A DNA stretch of 64,000 nucleotides. Source: Candidatus Marinacidobacterales bacterium (lineage in GTDB: Bacteria > Acidobacteriota > Vicinamibacteria > Marinacidobacterales > SMYC01). The notes below the pieces were generated by a model that was given only the letters and a program-made list of their open reading frames with translations, had not been told where the DNA came from and ran no database searches. The stretch is from assembly GCA_965224085.1 (NCBI GenBank), contig CBDCYI010000005.1:608001-672000 (forward strand), given 5' to 3'. Position numbers and translations under genes: made by a program. Positions 63,036 to 64,000 of this stretch are shown piece after piece (positions within the stretch are counted from its first letter, which is position 1; each line of letters begins with the position of its first letter).

Positions 63036-63947
63036 ATGAGTTGGTTCAAGAAGGAAAAGGCTCCGCTGGCACCGATCCAGCAAAGCCGGATGCCGGAGGG
63101 GCTCTGGACCAAGTGCCGCGAATGTTCGGAAATCCTCTACACGAAGGAGATCGTTCGAAATCTGAGTGTCTGCCCCAAGTGCAACTACCACATAGGCCTC
63201 AGCTCGGTGGAGCGCGCGAAATCGATTCTTGATGACGAGAGATTCGAAGAGATAGAGACCGGTCTCCTTTCGAACGACCCGCTCTCCTTCTACGACACCA
63301 AGAATTACGGCGACCGGCTCAGCCGCAGCAAGAAATCGACTGGCCTTGATGATGCCGTTCTCATCGCTCGCGGGTGCATCGACGAAGTCCCCGTTGTGCT
63401 CGCGGCCATGGAATATGGTTTCATCGGTGGAAGCATGGGCGTTGTTGTCGGCGAAAAGATCACGAGAGCCATCGAGCACGCTCTCGAAGAGCGCGCGCCG
63501 CTCATCATCGTGTCACGGTCCGGAGGAGCGCGCATGCAAGAAGGGGCTATCTCCCTCATGCAGATGGCCAAGATCAGCGCGGCGCTCGCGCGTCTCGACG
63601 ACGCGAAGGTCCCCTACATCTCCATCCTCACCGATCCCACCACCGGAGGCGTGACGGCGAGCTTCGCGATGCTCGGAGATCTCAACATTGCCGAACCCAA
63701 GGCTTTGATCGGATTTGCCGGCCCACGCGTGATCGAGCAAACCATCCGCCAGGCTCTGCCTCCGGGTTTTCAGCGCTCCGAATATCTACTCGAGCACGGT
63801 ATGCTCGACATGATCGTCGAGCGCAAGGACATGCGGGGAACGCTCGGAAGAATGCTGCGCTTCTTCACACACTCGGCGAAGCCTGCCACTGGTAGCGGCT
63901 CGGCCGCCGAGACGTCGAGGGTCCGCAAGGAAGAGTCCGTTTCTTGA
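63036..63947 (+). CDS. accD: Acetyl-CoA carboxylase carboxyltransferase beta subunit
   Basis: PEGLWTKC..C...VCPKC zinc finger, GGSMG.VVGEKI, SGGARMQEG, DPTTGGVTASFA, GFAGPRVIEQT. Confidence 0.97.
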   Translation: MSWFKKEKAPLAPIQQSRMPEGLWTKCRECSEILYTKEIVRNLSVCPKCNYHIGLSSVERAKSILDDERFEEIETGLLSNDPLSFYDTKNYGDRLSRSKKSTGLDDAVLIARGCIDEVPVVLAAMEYGFIGGSMGVVVGEKITRAIEHALEERAPLIIVSRSGGARMQEGAISLMQMAKISAALARLDDAKVPYISILTDPTTGGVTASFAMLGDLNIAEPKALIGFAGPRVIEQTIRQALPPGFQRSEYLLEHGMLDMIVERKDMRGTLGRMLRFFTHSAKPATGSGSAAETSRVRKEESVS

Positions 63948-64000
63948 CGCGAACCTACGACGAGGCTGTCGCCTACCTGAGCAGCCGCGAGAAATTCGGC
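63944..64000 (+). CDS. folC: Folylpolyglutamate synthase, 5' end only
   Basis: TTG overlaps the accD stop; TYDEAVAYLSSREKFG; common accD-folC synteny; only 19 codons visible. Confidence 0.65.
   Translation, partial: MTRTYDEAVAYLSSREKFG

Noticed and set aside
1-64000. CRISPR array, tRNA, rRNA, prophage, integron
   Set aside because: No regularly spaced repeats, cloverleaf or rRNA motifs, phage structural genes or tyrosine integrase seen by eye.

Overview
High-GC bacterial DNA; gene content (DUF1592/DUF1552 pair, VPS10-type hydrolase, PEP-CTERM, Hanks kinase, accD-folC) suggests Acidobacteriota, by inference only. Intact housekeeping or conserved blocks (DUF1592-DUF1552-ankyrin operon, DEAD helicase, BNR hydrolase, accD-folC) flank a decaying accessory region. 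That region holds six IS copies from five families: two inverted IS1634 copies, an IS110/IS1111 element, an IS1182 with an AbrB-like passenger nested in an rve element, and an IS5/IS903 element containing one IS1634. It also holds many truncated gene fragments joined at sharp junctions and a large surface-glycosylation locus (GtrB-type GT2, about 8 polytopic GT-C-like proteins, GT4s, methyltransferases, heparinase II/III). Main observations: (1) an IS1111-type bridge/seek RNA whose four guide segments match this element's own target and donor sites; (2) a recurrent extracytoplasmic domain across the GT-C proteins that appears circularly permuted inside an alkaline-phosphatase-family enzyme; (3) an orphan defence-type ABC ATPase with a histone-like basic N-tail. 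All family calls come from motif recognition by eye; no searches were run.
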